Numbered from the stretch's first letter, positions 38,996-50,123 are shown. The stretch: 64,000 bases of DNA from Candidatus Cloacimonadales bacterium (GCA_963678315.1 OY782781.1:1248001-1312000); one strand, 5' to 3'. The notes: generated by a model not told the origin, from the letters alone. Made by a program: numbers and translations.

Positions 38996-40144
38996 TTAAG
39001 ACCTAAGAGTTGACCAAGTAGCAACTTGTTTTCCTGTTAGAAATCTGTTAAATGCTAGAATAGAACATAAGAACATCACAACAAAGTAACCTGGAAGTTT
39101 GGTTAATTTCTTAAGAGGGCTTTTGTTGGATATTGCTAAATCTAAAGAACCTATTCCATAGAAAATAACTTGTAGCAGGAATACAATAGTGAAGAAACTT
39201 ACTTTAAATTCAACAAGAAAAGCATTGCTTACGAACATTCCAATAACAAATAAGAAGAATAACCATCTAAGAATCTTATGTGAAATTAAAGAAAATGAAG
39301 CATAAGGATTAGAAAATGGATTTAATAAACTTGCATGTCTGAAGGTAGCAAACCATTCTCTAGAAATGATTCTAATCTTCCTTTTGAACTCATCTTTATT
39401 TTCTTCTGAAACTTCTTCTTCTACAATCGCTTTTGGTTCGTATTTAGCATTATATCCTTTTTGAAGTGTTATCAAAGTCCTTTCATAATCATCTACAGAA
39501 CTTGGGTGTATCTGAGTGAATAGCTCTCTTTTTATTAAGAAGATTGAACCATTAGCTACAATGATTGATTTTGTCTTAGATTCACTATCTCTAATTGCAT
39601 TCTCATATTTCCAGTAAAGTCCCTCTCCAGAAGAATTTCCATCCTTAGCAAAATATCTTAACTGGCCAGCCACTAAACCTGTTTTCTCATCATCTTCAAT
39701 CTTATTCACTAAGTGCTTAATTGCATCAGGTCTAAAAAGAGAATTAGCATCTGTAGAAAGCACATAATCACAATCTAAAGTCGGCTCTACCATATTGTGG
39801 CCAGATGGTTTACCTCTTCTAGGTTTTTGAACAGCTAAAGAAACATTGCTATGTTGTAAAGCGTATTTTTCAACTATTGAATTTGTATTATCTTCAGAAT
39901 CATCAGAAATAACTAGGATTTTTATCTTATCTTTTGGGTAATCTAAAGCAATAAAAGATTCAATCTTTTCTGCAATTACATCTTCTTCATTAAAAGCAGG
40001 GCATAGCACTACTATGCTAGGTGTGTTCTTGCATTGAGATACTTCTTTATCTTTACAAAATCTTGAAATTATATTAATTAAAATTGGGTATAAAACTATA
40101 TGATAAACTAATAAAGTCAGTGAAATCCAAAATATATATGTCAT
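38996..40144 (-). CDS. Glycosyltransferase family 2 (membrane-associated)
   Basis: PAFNEE, SDDSED, TDAN, YWKYE, NGSIF, DD, SHKILRW. Confidence 0.88.
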   Translation of the reverse strand: MTYIFWISLTLLVYHIVLYPILINIISRFCKDKEVSQCKNTPSIVVLCPAFNEEDVIAEKIESFIALDYPKDKIKILVISDDSEDNTNSIVEKYALQHSNVSLAVQKPRRGKPSGHNMVEPTLDCDYVLSTDANSLFRPDAIKHLVNKIEDDEKTGLVAGQLRYFAKDGNSSGEGLYWKYENAIRDSESKTKSIIVANGSIFLIKRELFTQIHPSSVDDYERTLITLQKGYNAKYEPKAIVEEEVSEENKDEFKRKIRIISREWFATFRHASLLNPFSNPYASFSLISHKILRWLFFLFVIGMFVSNAFLVEFKVSFFTIVFLLQVIFYGIGSLDLAISNKSPLKKLTKLPGYFVVMFLCSILAFNRFLTGKQVATWSTLRS

Positions 40145-40328
40145 AAATAATCCTTTTCTTTCAGTTATTCTAAAAACATATAGATATTAAGACTGTCAAG
40201 TTTTTATCAGAAGCTAAGCATAATCATCTATTTAATCAAATAAATACTATGACTGAAATGCAATTGATTGTCTATTTTGAGGTAATCGCTTTTATATAAA
40301 GAGGGGGTAAGCAATATTACAACTAACA

Positions 40329-40356
40329 AGGAAGGAATATAAGATATTTCCTTCCT
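40329..40356 (-). terminator. Probable terminator of the glycogen cluster
   Basis: AGGAAGGAATAT...ATATTTCCTTCCT hairpin. Confidence 0.5.
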
Positions 40357-40384
40357 CATAAAAGCTCCTTGTGGAAAAAGTTAA

Positions 40385-41581
40385 TTATTTAATTCTCTCC
40401 TCCAAATCAGCTAATGCATTTATAAAGTATATGTAAGCTTGGTCTGGGGAATCATAAGGAGAGAAATATTTGTGTACATCACCATCGTTGAAGTACTTAG
40501 TACACATATAGTAGAAATGGTCAGAAGTTGTAAGCTTTCTAGCAACTTCTAAAAGGTCTTTATCTCCGTTCTCTTTAATTCTTTCGAAAAGTTCATAGAG
40601 AGTTTCAATTGAGTTATGTTGCATATCATTTTCTAACCAAGCTGAAAGATCTCTTTCTTCATCAGCCCAAGATACAGCTTGAGGGAATCCTAATGGCTCT
40701 TGTTGGTAATTAACCAATTTAGATACTTCTTTAGGAGTTGCAAATCCCATATGCTCGTACTTAAGTACTTCTTGTGGCAGTTTCTCCATAAAGTCAAAGA
40801 TGCCAGTTTCAGCCCATTGATGTTCTCCAAATGTTTCATAATCCATGAAGAGATTAAGGAATTGGTTACGATTATTATCGTTATTCCATGTTAGCTGGTC
40901 CATCCATTTAATAAACTTATCAGTTGTTAGTGGATACTGTGACCAGTTCTTATCAGAGAATCTGAAAGCTATATCATCAGAAAGTTGATATGATTTAAGA
41001 AGTAGGTTCATGGTTCTAGAATAGTTTTTGTAAGCGTAAAGCGGGGTTCTCCATCCAAGAACTCTTGGCACACCTTCAGTGAGAATTGTATTAAATCTAC
41101 CTGTTTCAAAAACAAGGTCAGATACTCTATCCTGGTAAATCAACTCAGTATTTCTAAAGGTCGTAGGGGTTTGTCCAAACTCTTCTTCAATAAGCTTAGT
41201 ATGCATATCTACTTGTTCAAGAAATTCATCTTTATTGTAGAGGAATGAAAGAGAGTGGTAATAAGTCTCTCCGATAAATTCAACGCAGCCTGTTTCAGCT
41301 AGAGCTTTAAATGAATCAAGCACTTCAGGGTAATATTCCTTGAATTGGTTAATTGATATTCCTGAAATAGAATAGGCGATCTTGAACTTACCTTTATGCT
41401 TTTTAATTAACTCAAGCATCAACTTATTAGTTGGTAGATAGCACTTGTCAGCTACTTTTCTCATTACTTTGTAATTAAGTTTATCATCAAAATATGATTC
41501 ATCAGAACCAATATCCATAACATTAAGATGTCGCAATCTGTAAGGTTGATGAACCTGGAAATAGAATACGATATTAAGCAT
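40385..41581 (-). CDS. Glycoside hydrolase family 57 (alpha-amylase-like)
   Basis: FQVHQPYRL, ETYYHSL, FRNTEL, LSDDIAFRFS, DYETFGEH, SDHFYYM. Confidence 0.92.
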   Translation of the reverse strand: MLNIVFYFQVHQPYRLRHLNVMDIGSDESYFDDKLNYKVMRKVADKCYLPTNKLMLELIKKHKGKFKIAYSISGISINQFKEYYPEVLDSFKALAETGCVEFIGETYYHSLSFLYNKDEFLEQVDMHTKLIEEEFGQTPTTFRNTELIYQDRVSDLVFETGRFNTILTEGVPRVLGWRTPLYAYKNYSRTMNLLLKSYQLSDDIAFRFSDKNWSQYPLTTDKFIKWMDQLTWNNDNNRNQFLNLFMDYETFGEHQWAETGIFDFMEKLPQEVLKYEHMGFATPKEVSKLVNYQQEPLGFPQAVSWADEERDLSAWLENDMQHNSIETLYELFERIKENGDKDLLEVARKLTTSDHFYYMCTKYFNDGDVHKYFSPYDSPDQAYIYFINALADLEERIK

Positions 41582-42920
41582 TTTCCCTCCTATGATTAGC
41601 AATTACATCTTCAAAGATAGCTTTTACTTGCTCAGCTGATCTATCCCACTGGATTTCTTTAACTTCTTCTGCTCCAAGCTTACCTATTCTTTCACACTCT
41701 TGTGGATTTTCTATCAGGTAATTCAAGGTCTCAGCCATTTCATCAATATTCCAGAAGTCAATTTTATAAGCATTTTCTACAACTTCCGAAACACCAGACT
41801 GTTTAGATATAATTGAAGTTATTCCGTAAGCCATCGCTTCCAGTGGAGCTATACCAAAAGGTTCTGATACTGAAGGTAACATATAGATATCTGCAATTCT
41901 AAGAATTCTTTCAACTTGCTTTCTATTAAGGAAGCCAGCGAATAGAAATCTATTCTTTAAACGCATGGAAGCAGATGAATGAAGAATCTTTCTAGCCATA
42001 TCACCAGTTCCTGCCATTATAAATCTAACATCTGGGTGTTTTCTTAAGACTTTCTGTGCTACTGACAGGAAGTAATCAGGTCCTTTCTGAATAGTAATTC
42101 TACCCAAGAAGAGGACAACTTTTCCTCTAAACATCTTCTCTTTCTTAATCTCATCATCCATATCTATAGAAAAGGCATTATGAACAATTTCAACTTTGCC
42201 AGTATCTAATTGATAACGAGAGATTAGCATTTGAGCTGTATATTTAGAGACTGCAATAACTCTATCAGCGTAACGCATACCAGAATATTCAAGCTTATGT
42301 ATTCTATCATCACCTGGTCCACCAGCTCTATCAAACTCAGTAGCATGCATGTGAGTTACAAGGGGAGTGTTAGTCAGCTTTTTAACTATCATGCCAGCAG
42401 GATAGCAAAGCCAATCATTGGCATGAATTGCGTCAAAATGTACTTGTTCAGCCAATTTCTCTGCTCTAAAAGCCATCTCTTGAACTTTTTTAAAGATATT
42501 TTCATTACCTTGTAAATGTATAGAAATAGACTCAAAAACATCTTCCTCTGTCTTTTCTAAATACTCCTCTTGTCTAATTGAAGTAACAATGTCCTTGAAG
42601 TTTTTTACTTGGGCTGGAGTGTAATAAGTCTCGGGGATATAAGATACTCCTAGATACTCCATCTTCTCTTGAATAGTGTTGAACTTCTTAGTAGATACTA
42701 TTAGCTTTTTAGTAGGAACATTACTATCTAAATTAACAAAGGGGAGAGTGTCTGCGTCTTCTTCTTTTCGGAGAGGGAAGTAGACAAATTCTTTGGTTGG
42801 AAGGAACAAATCAATCTCTACACCGGCTTTTAGCAATGATTTTACTAATCCGTAAGAAGCCATAGCAAGTCCCCCTGCTATCATTGGTGGAAATTCCCAG
42901 GTAAGCATTAAAATACGCAT
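41574..42920 (-). CDS. GT4 glycosyltransferase (glycogen synthase-like)
   Basis: MLTWEFPP..GGL, HANDW, HATEFDR, GRITIQKGP, SVSEPFGIAPLEA. Confidence 0.9.
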   Translation of the reverse strand: MRILMLTWEFPPMIAGGLAMASYGLVKSLLKAGVEIDLFLPTKEFVYFPLRKEEDADTLPFVNLDSNVPTKKLIVSTKKFNTIQEKMEYLGVSYIPETYYTPAQVKNFKDIVTSIRQEEYLEKTEEDVFESISIHLQGNENIFKKVQEMAFRAEKLAEQVHFDAIHANDWLCYPAGMIVKKLTNTPLVTHMHATEFDRAGGPGDDRIHKLEYSGMRYADRVIAVSKYTAQMLISRYQLDTGKVEIVHNAFSIDMDDEIKKEKMFRGKVVLFLGRITIQKGPDYFLSVAQKVLRKHPDVRFIMAGTGDMARKILHSSASMRLKNRFLFAGFLNRKQVERILRIADIYMLPSVSEPFGIAPLEAMAYGITSIISKQSGVSEVVENAYKIDFWNIDEMAETLNYLIENPQECERIGKLGAEEVKEIQWDRSAEQVKAIFEDVIANHRRENA

Positions 42921-44957
42921 CTATTTTGTTCCTCTTAGTTTCTTGATAGTCTCTTCAATATCATATACTGCGGCTACACTGCAAGCTTGAGCAGGTGAGC
43001 CCTTTGGAAAGTGAGGTTTACCTCCATCCCAAACAGCTGCGATAGTTGCAATATATCCTTTTTTATATTCAGTAACGAATTTATCAGTAATCTTTTCTAA
43101 TCCGCTTGCTAATTGCTCTTTATCCAAAGTATCTCTGAATAGCTTAAGGTAGACTGAAACATATGGCCATAGTAGCCATGCCCAAACAGTACCTTGATGA
43201 TAGGCTCTGTCTCTGTCATTTATTGTTCCATAATAGGTTCTTTTGAACTTATGGTGGTGTGGAGTAATTGTTCTTAAACCATAGTCTGTAAGTAATTCGT
43301 TAGTAGCTCTTTCATAGATTTTTTGAGTTTGACTCTTATCTAGAATAGAGTGCTTTAATCCAGCAGCAATAACTGCATTAGGTCTGAACTCTTCAACAGC
43401 TTTTCCTTCTACAATTCTGTCACAAAGTGTATCATTTACCCAGAAGCTTTCAAGTGATTTTGCTAAAGTATTAGTGTAATTATCTAGGTTAAACTTAGCT
43501 TTGCACTTCTTCTTAGATTTAGAAATCTTATTACAATGTTCAATCATCTCCTGATAACTCTTAAGAGCTTCGTACCAAAGGAAGTTAATTTCAACAGGAG
43601 CTCCGTCACGTGGTGTTACAGCCTGCCCATTAATTTTCACATCCATCCAAGTAGCTGAGGCGTATTTTGCTTTAATGTTAATTAAGTTATTATCATCGAT
43701 GAAGAACATTTCTTGGTCATCATTTAGATAGTTAAGAATGATGTTTTCTGTGATTTTCAGTATATCCTTGCAAACAGTGATTTTGTTCTTTATCATGGCA
43801 TACTTTCTTAATAGCATAATGTAATACAAGCTAGAATCCACAGATTCATAATTGCCATAAGATCCTGTTTCAGGGAACATATTCGGGATAAGACCATTTT
43901 TGATATGCTCATTGTATCTAAAGATAATCTTTTCTGCATGATCAAAGAATTTAGGCTGTTTTATCATTGCACTTAGTACAAGAATTGAATCTCTTCCCCA
44001 AGGACCAAACCAAGGGTAACCAGCTATAATATCATTTTCTGTAATAAAGTCTTGCAGGCTAAACTCTAATAGCTTTTCAACATCATTTCTAGAATATATA
44101 TCATTGTCGTTAAAATCTAAATTAAGAATATCAAAATTCTTGTAATTATCTGGATAATCTCTAGCTTTAGGTAGTTCTGAATATCGTTCTTCAATTCTAG
44201 ATCTCATATCCTCGAAAGAGTCTATAGTTTGGTCACTAAAAAGAATATCGACTTCTTCGTTTCTATCTAGTTGCAAGGATATTCTATAAGGACTTGCTAA
44301 ATCTCCAGTACAATCATAACCTAACATTGATTCCCAAGGATAGAAGATTTTGTTATAAACAAGGAAGTCTTCTTTGATTTTACCTTTAGATGTCATACAA
44401 AATAGTTCTGTTCCATTCGAAATACGCTGGATATGAGCACCATATAGATTGTATTCTTGAGCTATAGATGTACTAAAATCATTATCATTCAGAGTATGTG
44501 GGTGGTTTAAAAAGTGGTGGTTTACCATGCTAAGCTTAGGCCTAAGTCTCATATGAATCAAGTGTTTTGACAAGTTCTTATATCTAATAAGAATTGTGTT
44601 TGTTTCAGAATCCATCATAATCGATTTTCTTATAAGAATATCATTGTTGTGTGGTAAGGAAGAGTAGAGGAAGACAGGATAAGGTCTTAACCATGATTTT
44701 ACTAAATGTAGGAATCCTTCAGGATAGATACAGTTTTCATAGTTATTACTATCCAGAAATATTTTTTCTCCTCTCCATTCTATACTTTCTTCAATTGAGT
44801 TTAGTAATGCGTTTCTGTTTAATTTATTATCAGATGCTGTAAGCAATGTGTGGTATTTACGTTGATTTATCAAGTTACCAGTTCCTAATGCATAAGATCC
44901 ATTTTTATTCGTCAATATCCATTCGTGATGTTGTGTCTCAAGAAAATAATCAGACAT
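42921..44957 (-). CDS. Glycogen debranching enzyme (GH133, amylo-alpha-1,6-glucosidase)
   Basis: EWILTN, IAGYPWFGPWGRD, GLIPN, TWMD, TPRDGAPVEIN, YHQGTVWAW, AQACSVA. Confidence 0.9.
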   Translation of the reverse strand: MSDYFLETQHHEWILTNKNGSYALGTGNLINQRKYHTLLTASDNKLNRNALLNSIEESIEWRGEKIFLDSNNYENCIYPEGFLHLVKSWLRPYPVFLYSSLPHNNDILIRKSIMMDSETNTILIRYKNLSKHLIHMRLRPKLSMVNHHFLNHPHTLNDNDFSTSIAQEYNLYGAHIQRISNGTELFCMTSKGKIKEDFLVYNKIFYPWESMLGYDCTGDLASPYRISLQLDRNEEVDILFSDQTIDSFEDMRSRIEERYSELPKARDYPDNYKNFDILNLDFNDNDIYSRNDVEKLLEFSLQDFITENDIIAGYPWFGPWGRDSILVLSAMIKQPKFFDHAEKIIFRYNEHIKNGLIPNMFPETGSYGNYESVDSSLYYIMLLRKYAMIKNKITVCKDILKITENIILNYLNDDQEMFFIDDNNLINIKAKYASATWMDVKINGQAVTPRDGAPVEINFLWYEALKSYQEMIEHCNKISKSKKKCKAKFNLDNYTNTLAKSLESFWVNDTLCDRIVEGKAVEEFRPNAVIAAGLKHSILDKSQTQKIYERATNELLTDYGLRTITPHHHKFKRTYYGTINDRDRAYHQGTVWAWLLWPYVSVYLKLFRDTLDKEQLASGLEKITDKFVTEYKKGYIATIAAVWDGGKPHFPKGSPAQACSVAAVYDIEETIKKLRGTK

Positions 44958-45169
44958 AATATCTCCTCAAATCAAAATGCTTTACACAAAGTTAAGTACA
45001 AGTGTTAAGATTAGTCAAGAACTTTAACAATAATTTATCTTAACTAATGACATTTAGCAATGGCTAATGATATTTGGGTAATAATGAAAATGATTCATTC
45101 TTAATATAATACTTGCCAAGTTTCTTTTATAATGTTATCTTAGCACAAAATTAACAAAGAGAGTAAGGT

Positions 45170-46810
45170 ATGTTAAAACAAAACTATGTTAAATATTTTG
45201 AAGATGCAATAAAAAAGCACTGGGATTTGCCTGCTTTTTCAAATGTAGAAGATCATCCTTTTTACTTCAAAGATGTAGCTAGCAGGATAATCTGGCTTCA
45301 TAAAGTTCTTGATAAATGTGGAATCAAACGTGGAGATAAAGTAGCTTTAGTTGGTAAGAATTCAGCACATTGGGCAATCTCTTATCTTGCGATAACAACA
45401 TATGGAGCTGTTGTTGTTCCTATTCTACCTAACTTTACCCCAAGTGATATGACCCATATTGTTAATCATTCTGAAGCAAAAATGATTTTTGTAGGCAACT
45501 CAATCTTCGATAATATAGAAGAAGAAAACCTTCCAAAACTTCAGATAGTTATTCATTTAGACACATTTACTCTTGTTGATACTTCGAAAGAAATAGAAAA
45601 TACATCTTCAATCAAAGAATCATTAAAAGAATACAATGAAGTTTCTAAAGATAAGTTTTCTTTACCGAAGGATATTTCAAATAAAGAACTTGGTGAAATT
45701 ATATACACCTCAGGCACAACAGGCTTTACTAAAGGAGTTATGCTTCCTCTAAATAGCTTGATAACTAATGTTGTGGTGGCTGATGAAATGCTTTCATTTA
45801 GAACAGGTTCAAACATGCTTTCATTCTTGCCTTTATCACATGCTTATGCTTGTGCTTTTGATTTCCTCTATCCATTTACTCGTGGTGTACACATCCATTT
45901 CTTAGGCAAAATACCTTCACCTAAGCTACTTCTTAAACATCTCAAAGCAGTTAAGCCTGAAATGATAATGTCTGTTCCTCTAATCCTAGAAAAGATAATT
46001 ATAAAGAATGTATTCCCAATGTTTGAGAAGAAACTTATTAGAGCCTTATCGAAACTCCCTGGTGTTAAACATGTTATATACAATAAAATAAAACAGCAAC
46101 TTCTTAGTGTTTTTGGTGGTTCTCTAGAAGAGATGATAATTGGTGGAGCTCCATTAAATTCAGAGGTAGAAAAATTCCTTAAAGAAATCAAATTTCCATT
46201 TACTATTGGTTATGGTATGAGTGAATGTGGTCCACTAATTTCCTATACAGGATGGAAGAATCACAAATATAGAAGTGCTGGGCAGAGAGTTAACTATTTA
46301 CAAGCAAAGATAGATTCACCTGATGGTAAGAATATTCCTGGTAACATTTTAGTTAAAGGTGAGCAGCTTATGTATGGCTACTACAAGAATGATGAAGCTA
46401 CAGCTGAAGTAATAGATAAGGATGGTTGGTTAAATACCGGTGATATAGGTCTTATTGATGATGAAGATTTCATCTTTATTAAAGGACGTTCTAAGTCTTT
46501 AATCTTGGGACCTTCTGGTGAAAATATCTATCCTGAAGCTATCGAACAAACATTTAATACTTACTCATTTATCCAAGAATCATTACTTCTACAACGTGAT
46601 AATAAACTTGTGATTCATGTCTTTCCTGACTTTGATGAAGCTGATAAAAAAGCTATTTCTGAAAAGATGTTCCCTAAAATCATGGAACAAAATAAAGCTA
46701 CTTATAATCAAACAGCCCCTGCTTATGCCAAGATATCTAAAATAACTATAGTGGCTGAAGCTTTTCAAAAAACACCAACCCAGAAGATTAAACGCTATCT
46801 ATATAAATAG
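45170..46810 (+). CDS. Long-chain fatty acid-CoA ligase (AMP-binding)
   Basis: YTSGTTGFTKG, GYGMSE, WLNTGD, GRSK, GENIYPE. Confidence 0.9.
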   Translation: MLKQNYVKYFEDAIKKHWDLPAFSNVEDHPFYFKDVASRIIWLHKVLDKCGIKRGDKVALVGKNSAHWAISYLAITTYGAVVVPILPNFTPSDMTHIVNHSEAKMIFVGNSIFDNIEEENLPKLQIVIHLDTFTLVDTSKEIENTSSIKESLKEYNEVSKDKFSLPKDISNKELGEIIYTSGTTGFTKGVMLPLNSLITNVVVADEMLSFRTGSNMLSFLPLSHAYACAFDFLYPFTRGVHIHFLGKIPSPKLLLKHLKAVKPEMIMSVPLILEKIIIKNVFPMFEKKLIRALSKLPGVKHVIYNKIKQQLLSVFGGSLEEMIIGGAPLNSEVEKFLKEIKFPFTIGYGMSECGPLISYTGWKNHKYRSAGQRVNYLQAKIDSPDGKNIPGNILVKGEQLMYGYYKNDEATAEVIDKDGWLNTGDIGLIDDEDFIFIKGRSKSLILGPSGENIYPEAIEQTFNTYSFIQESLLLQRDNKLVIHVFPDFDEADKKAISEKMFPKIMEQNKATYNQTAPAYAKISKITIVAEAFQKTPTQKIKRYLYK

Positions 46811-46990
46811 ATTTTTCTAAGCAGATTTTTTGTTATCAATCAGTCTGCATTTTTATTTAAACAATAATTTTAGCTTTCTTTATATAAAAAGAGAGCTATT
46901 TTTTTTATTTAGAATTACACTTTTCTTGACTAATTTTTAACAATCAGGCTATCTTGACATAGAAAAAACATTATTCAGGAGAATAGAAAT

Positions 46991-48064
46991 ATGTATCGTT
47001 TTAGAAAAGACTTAGAGTCAAAGAAAGCTGTGGAAATCAATGTTCCACATAAAGATATAATGATGTGCTTAAATGAAAGTACATTAAATCCCTTCGAAGC
47101 TGTAAAAGATCAGTTACTTGAAAACCTTAAAAGTGTTGAGTTAAATAGATACTTCAATGACATCACCCCAAGACTTCGTGAAAGTTTAGCAGAATATGTA
47201 GGACATGGAATTAAAGCTTCTCAAATCTTGTTTGGTAATGGTGCTGATGAAATGCTTTATTACATTTTTACTTCAGTTAGAGAGAATGAAGATTCTTATG
47301 CTGTATCTTTAGCTCCTTCTTATTTTGATTATAAGAGCTATTCAGATGCAGTAGGACTCGGGGTTGAAATGATTGATTTGAATGAAGATTTTAATTTCTC
47401 AACAGAAGATTACTTAGAGAAGGTTAATCATCCAAACTGTAAACTAGCTATTCTATGCAATCCTAATAACCCTACAGGCAATATGATTCCTGACAAAAAG
47501 ATTGTACATATATTAGATAATACTGATAAACTTGTGCTCTTAGATGAAACTTATTTTGAATTTTCAAAAAATACTTTTGCTGATGTTCTTCATAAATATC
47601 CTAATCTAGTTATTGTACGCTCTTTCTCAAAAGCTTTTTCTGTAGCTGGACTCCGTTTCGGTTATCTTATTACATCTGAAGAGAATGCAGTAGAACTAAA
47701 CAAAGTTATGCCAGCTTTCCATAGTTCATTAATGATTCAAACTTTTGCATATACAATTATCCAAAATAAAGAGATATTCTTGAATCATACAGCTAATGTT
47801 ATCGAACTTAGAAATGAACTTTATGAATGGTTGGTTGAAAAAGAGTATGTAACAACTTATAAGACTAAAACTAATTTCTTAGTTTTTACTATTGGTCAAC
47901 CTACAGCAGATCTCTTCAACTATCTCTCAGATAATGAAATTGCTCTAAGACCAGTCTGGGCTCACCCAATCCTTAAAGACCATATCAGAATTTCTATTGG
48001 TACTAAAGAAGAAATCGAAAGATTCAAAGAACTTTTCCTTGAATTTATAGAAAAAATATACTAG
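46991..48064 (+). CDS. hisC: Histidinol-phosphate aminotransferase-like PLP enzyme
   Basis: GNGADE, CNPNNPTG, DETY, RSFSKAFSVAGLRFGY. Confidence 0.75.
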   Translation: MYRFRKDLESKKAVEINVPHKDIMMCLNESTLNPFEAVKDQLLENLKSVELNRYFNDITPRLRESLAEYVGHGIKASQILFGNGADEMLYYIFTSVRENEDSYAVSLAPSYFDYKSYSDAVGLGVEMIDLNEDFNFSTEDYLEKVNHPNCKLAILCNPNNPTGNMIPDKKIVHILDNTDKLVLLDETYFEFSKNTFADVLHKYPNLVIVRSFSKAFSVAGLRFGYLITSEENAVELNKVMPAFHSSLMIQTFAYTIIQNKEIFLNHTANVIELRNELYEWLVEKEYVTTYKTKTNFLVFTIGQPTADLFNYLSDNEIALRPVWAHPILKDHIRISIGTKEEIERFKELFLEFIEKIY

Positions 48065-48083
48065 TTGATAAATCAATATATAT

Positions 48084-48111
48084 AGCCCCTTCTTTGTAAG
48101 GGGGTTTTTTT
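48084..48111 (+). terminator. Terminator after the hisC-like gene
   Basis: AGCCCCTT...AAGGGGGTT plus T tract. Confidence 0.7.
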
Positions 48112-48114
48112 ATT

Positions 48115-48505
48115 GGGACTGTAAGCTTCCAGCTTACAAAAAATACCTTTTGTGTAAGCATGAACTTTTAGTTCAGCCTATCGGAGGATGCTCTCACTCC
48201 AACAACGCACTAGGATTGTAGCCTTCTCTGGCTACGAAAAGTGCTTTTGGCTTGAAAGCACTCCTGCTTGAGAAGGTGTTTTAAATGTTAATCTATTCAT
48301 AAATTACTCTTGTTATCTTGAAGGGATTTATTATCCAAAGCCTAACTTTTAAAAGCTAGGTAAATAAAATTATGAATGTTGTTAGTGCTGAAAGTACTTA
48401 CCTGATCGTGCTATATGAGAAGTCCCTAAAGGACTACTAATGCATAGTTAAATCTCTACCCATGATTGAAATCATGGGCTTTGGATAATGTACCCTTTCA
48501 GGGTA
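48115..48505. repeat. Mosaic of REP-like palindromes
   Basis: 48147-48201 matches 28029-28082; 48459-48505 matches 27972-28018; TGTAAGC...GCTTACA hairpin. Confidence 0.7.
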
Positions 48506-48561
48506 TTTTAGACAGCACTCATTCTGAAAGTAATTTATCAGATTGCCCTCTTACTCCAAAC

Positions 48562-48590
48562 AAAAAAAGCAGGCAATTTCTTACCTGCTT
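48562..48590 (-). terminator. Terminator after the PPIase gene
   Basis: AAAAAAAGCAGG...CCTGCTT. Confidence 0.7.
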
Positions 48591-48619
48591 ATAGCATATA
48601 TATGTTGGTTGTTTTGTTC

Positions 48620-49366
48620 TTATTTATATTCGATTGTATATTTCTTTTGAAGTTCTTCAACTTTAGCAACGTAAACTTCACGTTGTTTAACAGTTGTAAG
48701 TTCATTAGTGATAGTTTGTTTAACTTGATCAAGTTCTACATCTTGAGCTTCTTTTTTATCATCAAGTTTGATAATATGGTAACCGAATTGAGTTTTAACA
48801 GGTTCAGAGATTTCACCAACTTTCATTTCGAAAGCAGCTTGTTCGAATTCAGGAACCATTCTACCTTTACCAAAATAACCTAAAGAACCACCATTATCTT
48901 TTGATGGACAGCTTGAATTTTCTTTAGCTGCAGTAGCAAAATCAAGTTCATTAGCCATGATTTTGTTGTATACTTCTTTGATAGCTGCTTCATCATCCAT
49001 TAAGATGTGGCTTGCTGAAATTTCTTCATCTTTTTTATATTTAGCTTTATTTGCTTCAAAGTGTTGAGAAATTTCTTCTTCAGAAACTTTTGCTGAAACT
49101 AATATATTATTAATATTGATTTGAGTCATTACAGTTTCTTTTAATCTATCTAATTCAACTTGAAAAGCTTCTGTTTCATCTATTTTTTGGTCAATAGCAT
49201 CAGCTAATAGTAATTTTTGATTAACTAATTCAGTTAAAATTTGAGCTCTACCTTGTTCATTGTTGAACTGAGCACTGCGTTGTGGTCCTAATTGTTGTAG
49301 GAACATATCTACATCGTGGTTAGTAACTTCTTTACCATTAACTACTGCTAAAACTTTGTTTTCCAT
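48620..49366 (-). CDS. Parvulin-type peptidyl-prolyl isomerase (PrsA/SurA-like fold, no signal peptide)
   Basis: [39 protein letters not shown]. Confidence 0.9.
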   Translation of the reverse strand: MENKVLAVVNGKEVTNHDVDMFLQQLGPQRSAQFNNEQGRAQILTELVNQKLLLADAIDQKIDETEAFQVELDRLKETVMTQININNILVSAKVSEEEISQHFEANKAKYKKDEEISASHILMDDEAAIKEVYNKIMANELDFATAAKENSSCPSKDNGGSLGYFGKGRMVPEFEQAAFEMKVGEISEPVKTQFGYHIIKLDDKKEAQDVELDQVKQTITNELTTVKQREVYVAKVEELQKKYTIEYK

Positions 49367-49632
49367 TATTTTCTCCTCAGGTTTATATCATATCTGTATG
49401 TAAAGAAAATTTAATAGCTATATCTGTCAAATTATTTATTTTATATTTTAGCAAACGATTGATGCAACTGCTAGAAATATTAGCAATGGGCTAGCTTTTT
49501 TTTGTCACAGAATCATACTTACTGTCATTAATAATAGGGCTAAATCCCTTTGTTTAGGCTCTATTGGGAAAGACGTCAGCATTTTTCCACTTAATTTCTC
49601 TTTGCTAGCTAGCACCGACAGAAACTCTTGTC

Positions 49633-49693
49633 TAACTCCTTCCTTACTTGCCTCATTGAAAAAAAGCCGATTTTTCAAGGAGGCAAGTAAGGG
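49633..49693. repeat. 61-bp long-hairpin repeat, copy 2
   Basis: CCTTACTTGCCTC.TTGAAAAA...TTTTTCAA.GAGGCAAGTAAGG; inverted copy at 15687-15747. Confidence 0.85.
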
Positions 49694-49739
49694 ATGAGTT
49701 AGGAGTTAGGAGTGAGAAGTGAGGAGTTGCTATCCATAA

Positions 49740-50123
49740 AAACCCCGAAGGGGTGGCATATACTAAGCATGGAGGCTTGCCCTCCATGTAATAGTTAAGA
49801 AATAAAAAAAGCCCTGAAAGGGCGACATAAAGGCTAAGCTTTATCTGCAAACAGAGAAGTTTACCACGAAAAGCACGAATAACACGAAAAACAGTCAAAT
49901 TATTTAGGACTGGACAGACATACTAGGATCGCCAGCCTGTGAGCTGGCTTCACTTAGAACGTAGTTATAAGTGAATTCGTAGAGCCGTTCGGAAGAACGT
50001 CTCAGATACAAGCTATAAGCTTGTGTACCCAGAGGAAATTTGTAGAGACGTTTGGAAAAACATCTCGAAAAGGAGTGTATGCATCCACAGGTAGGTTGAA
50101 CGAAGTTCATGCTTAAGCAAAGG
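49740..50123. repeat. Mosaic of REP-like palindromes
   Basis: ACCCCGAAGGGGT, GCCCTGAAAGGGC, GTAGAG-type units; 50072-50123 is an inverted copy of the 28029/48147 unit. Confidence 0.7.
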
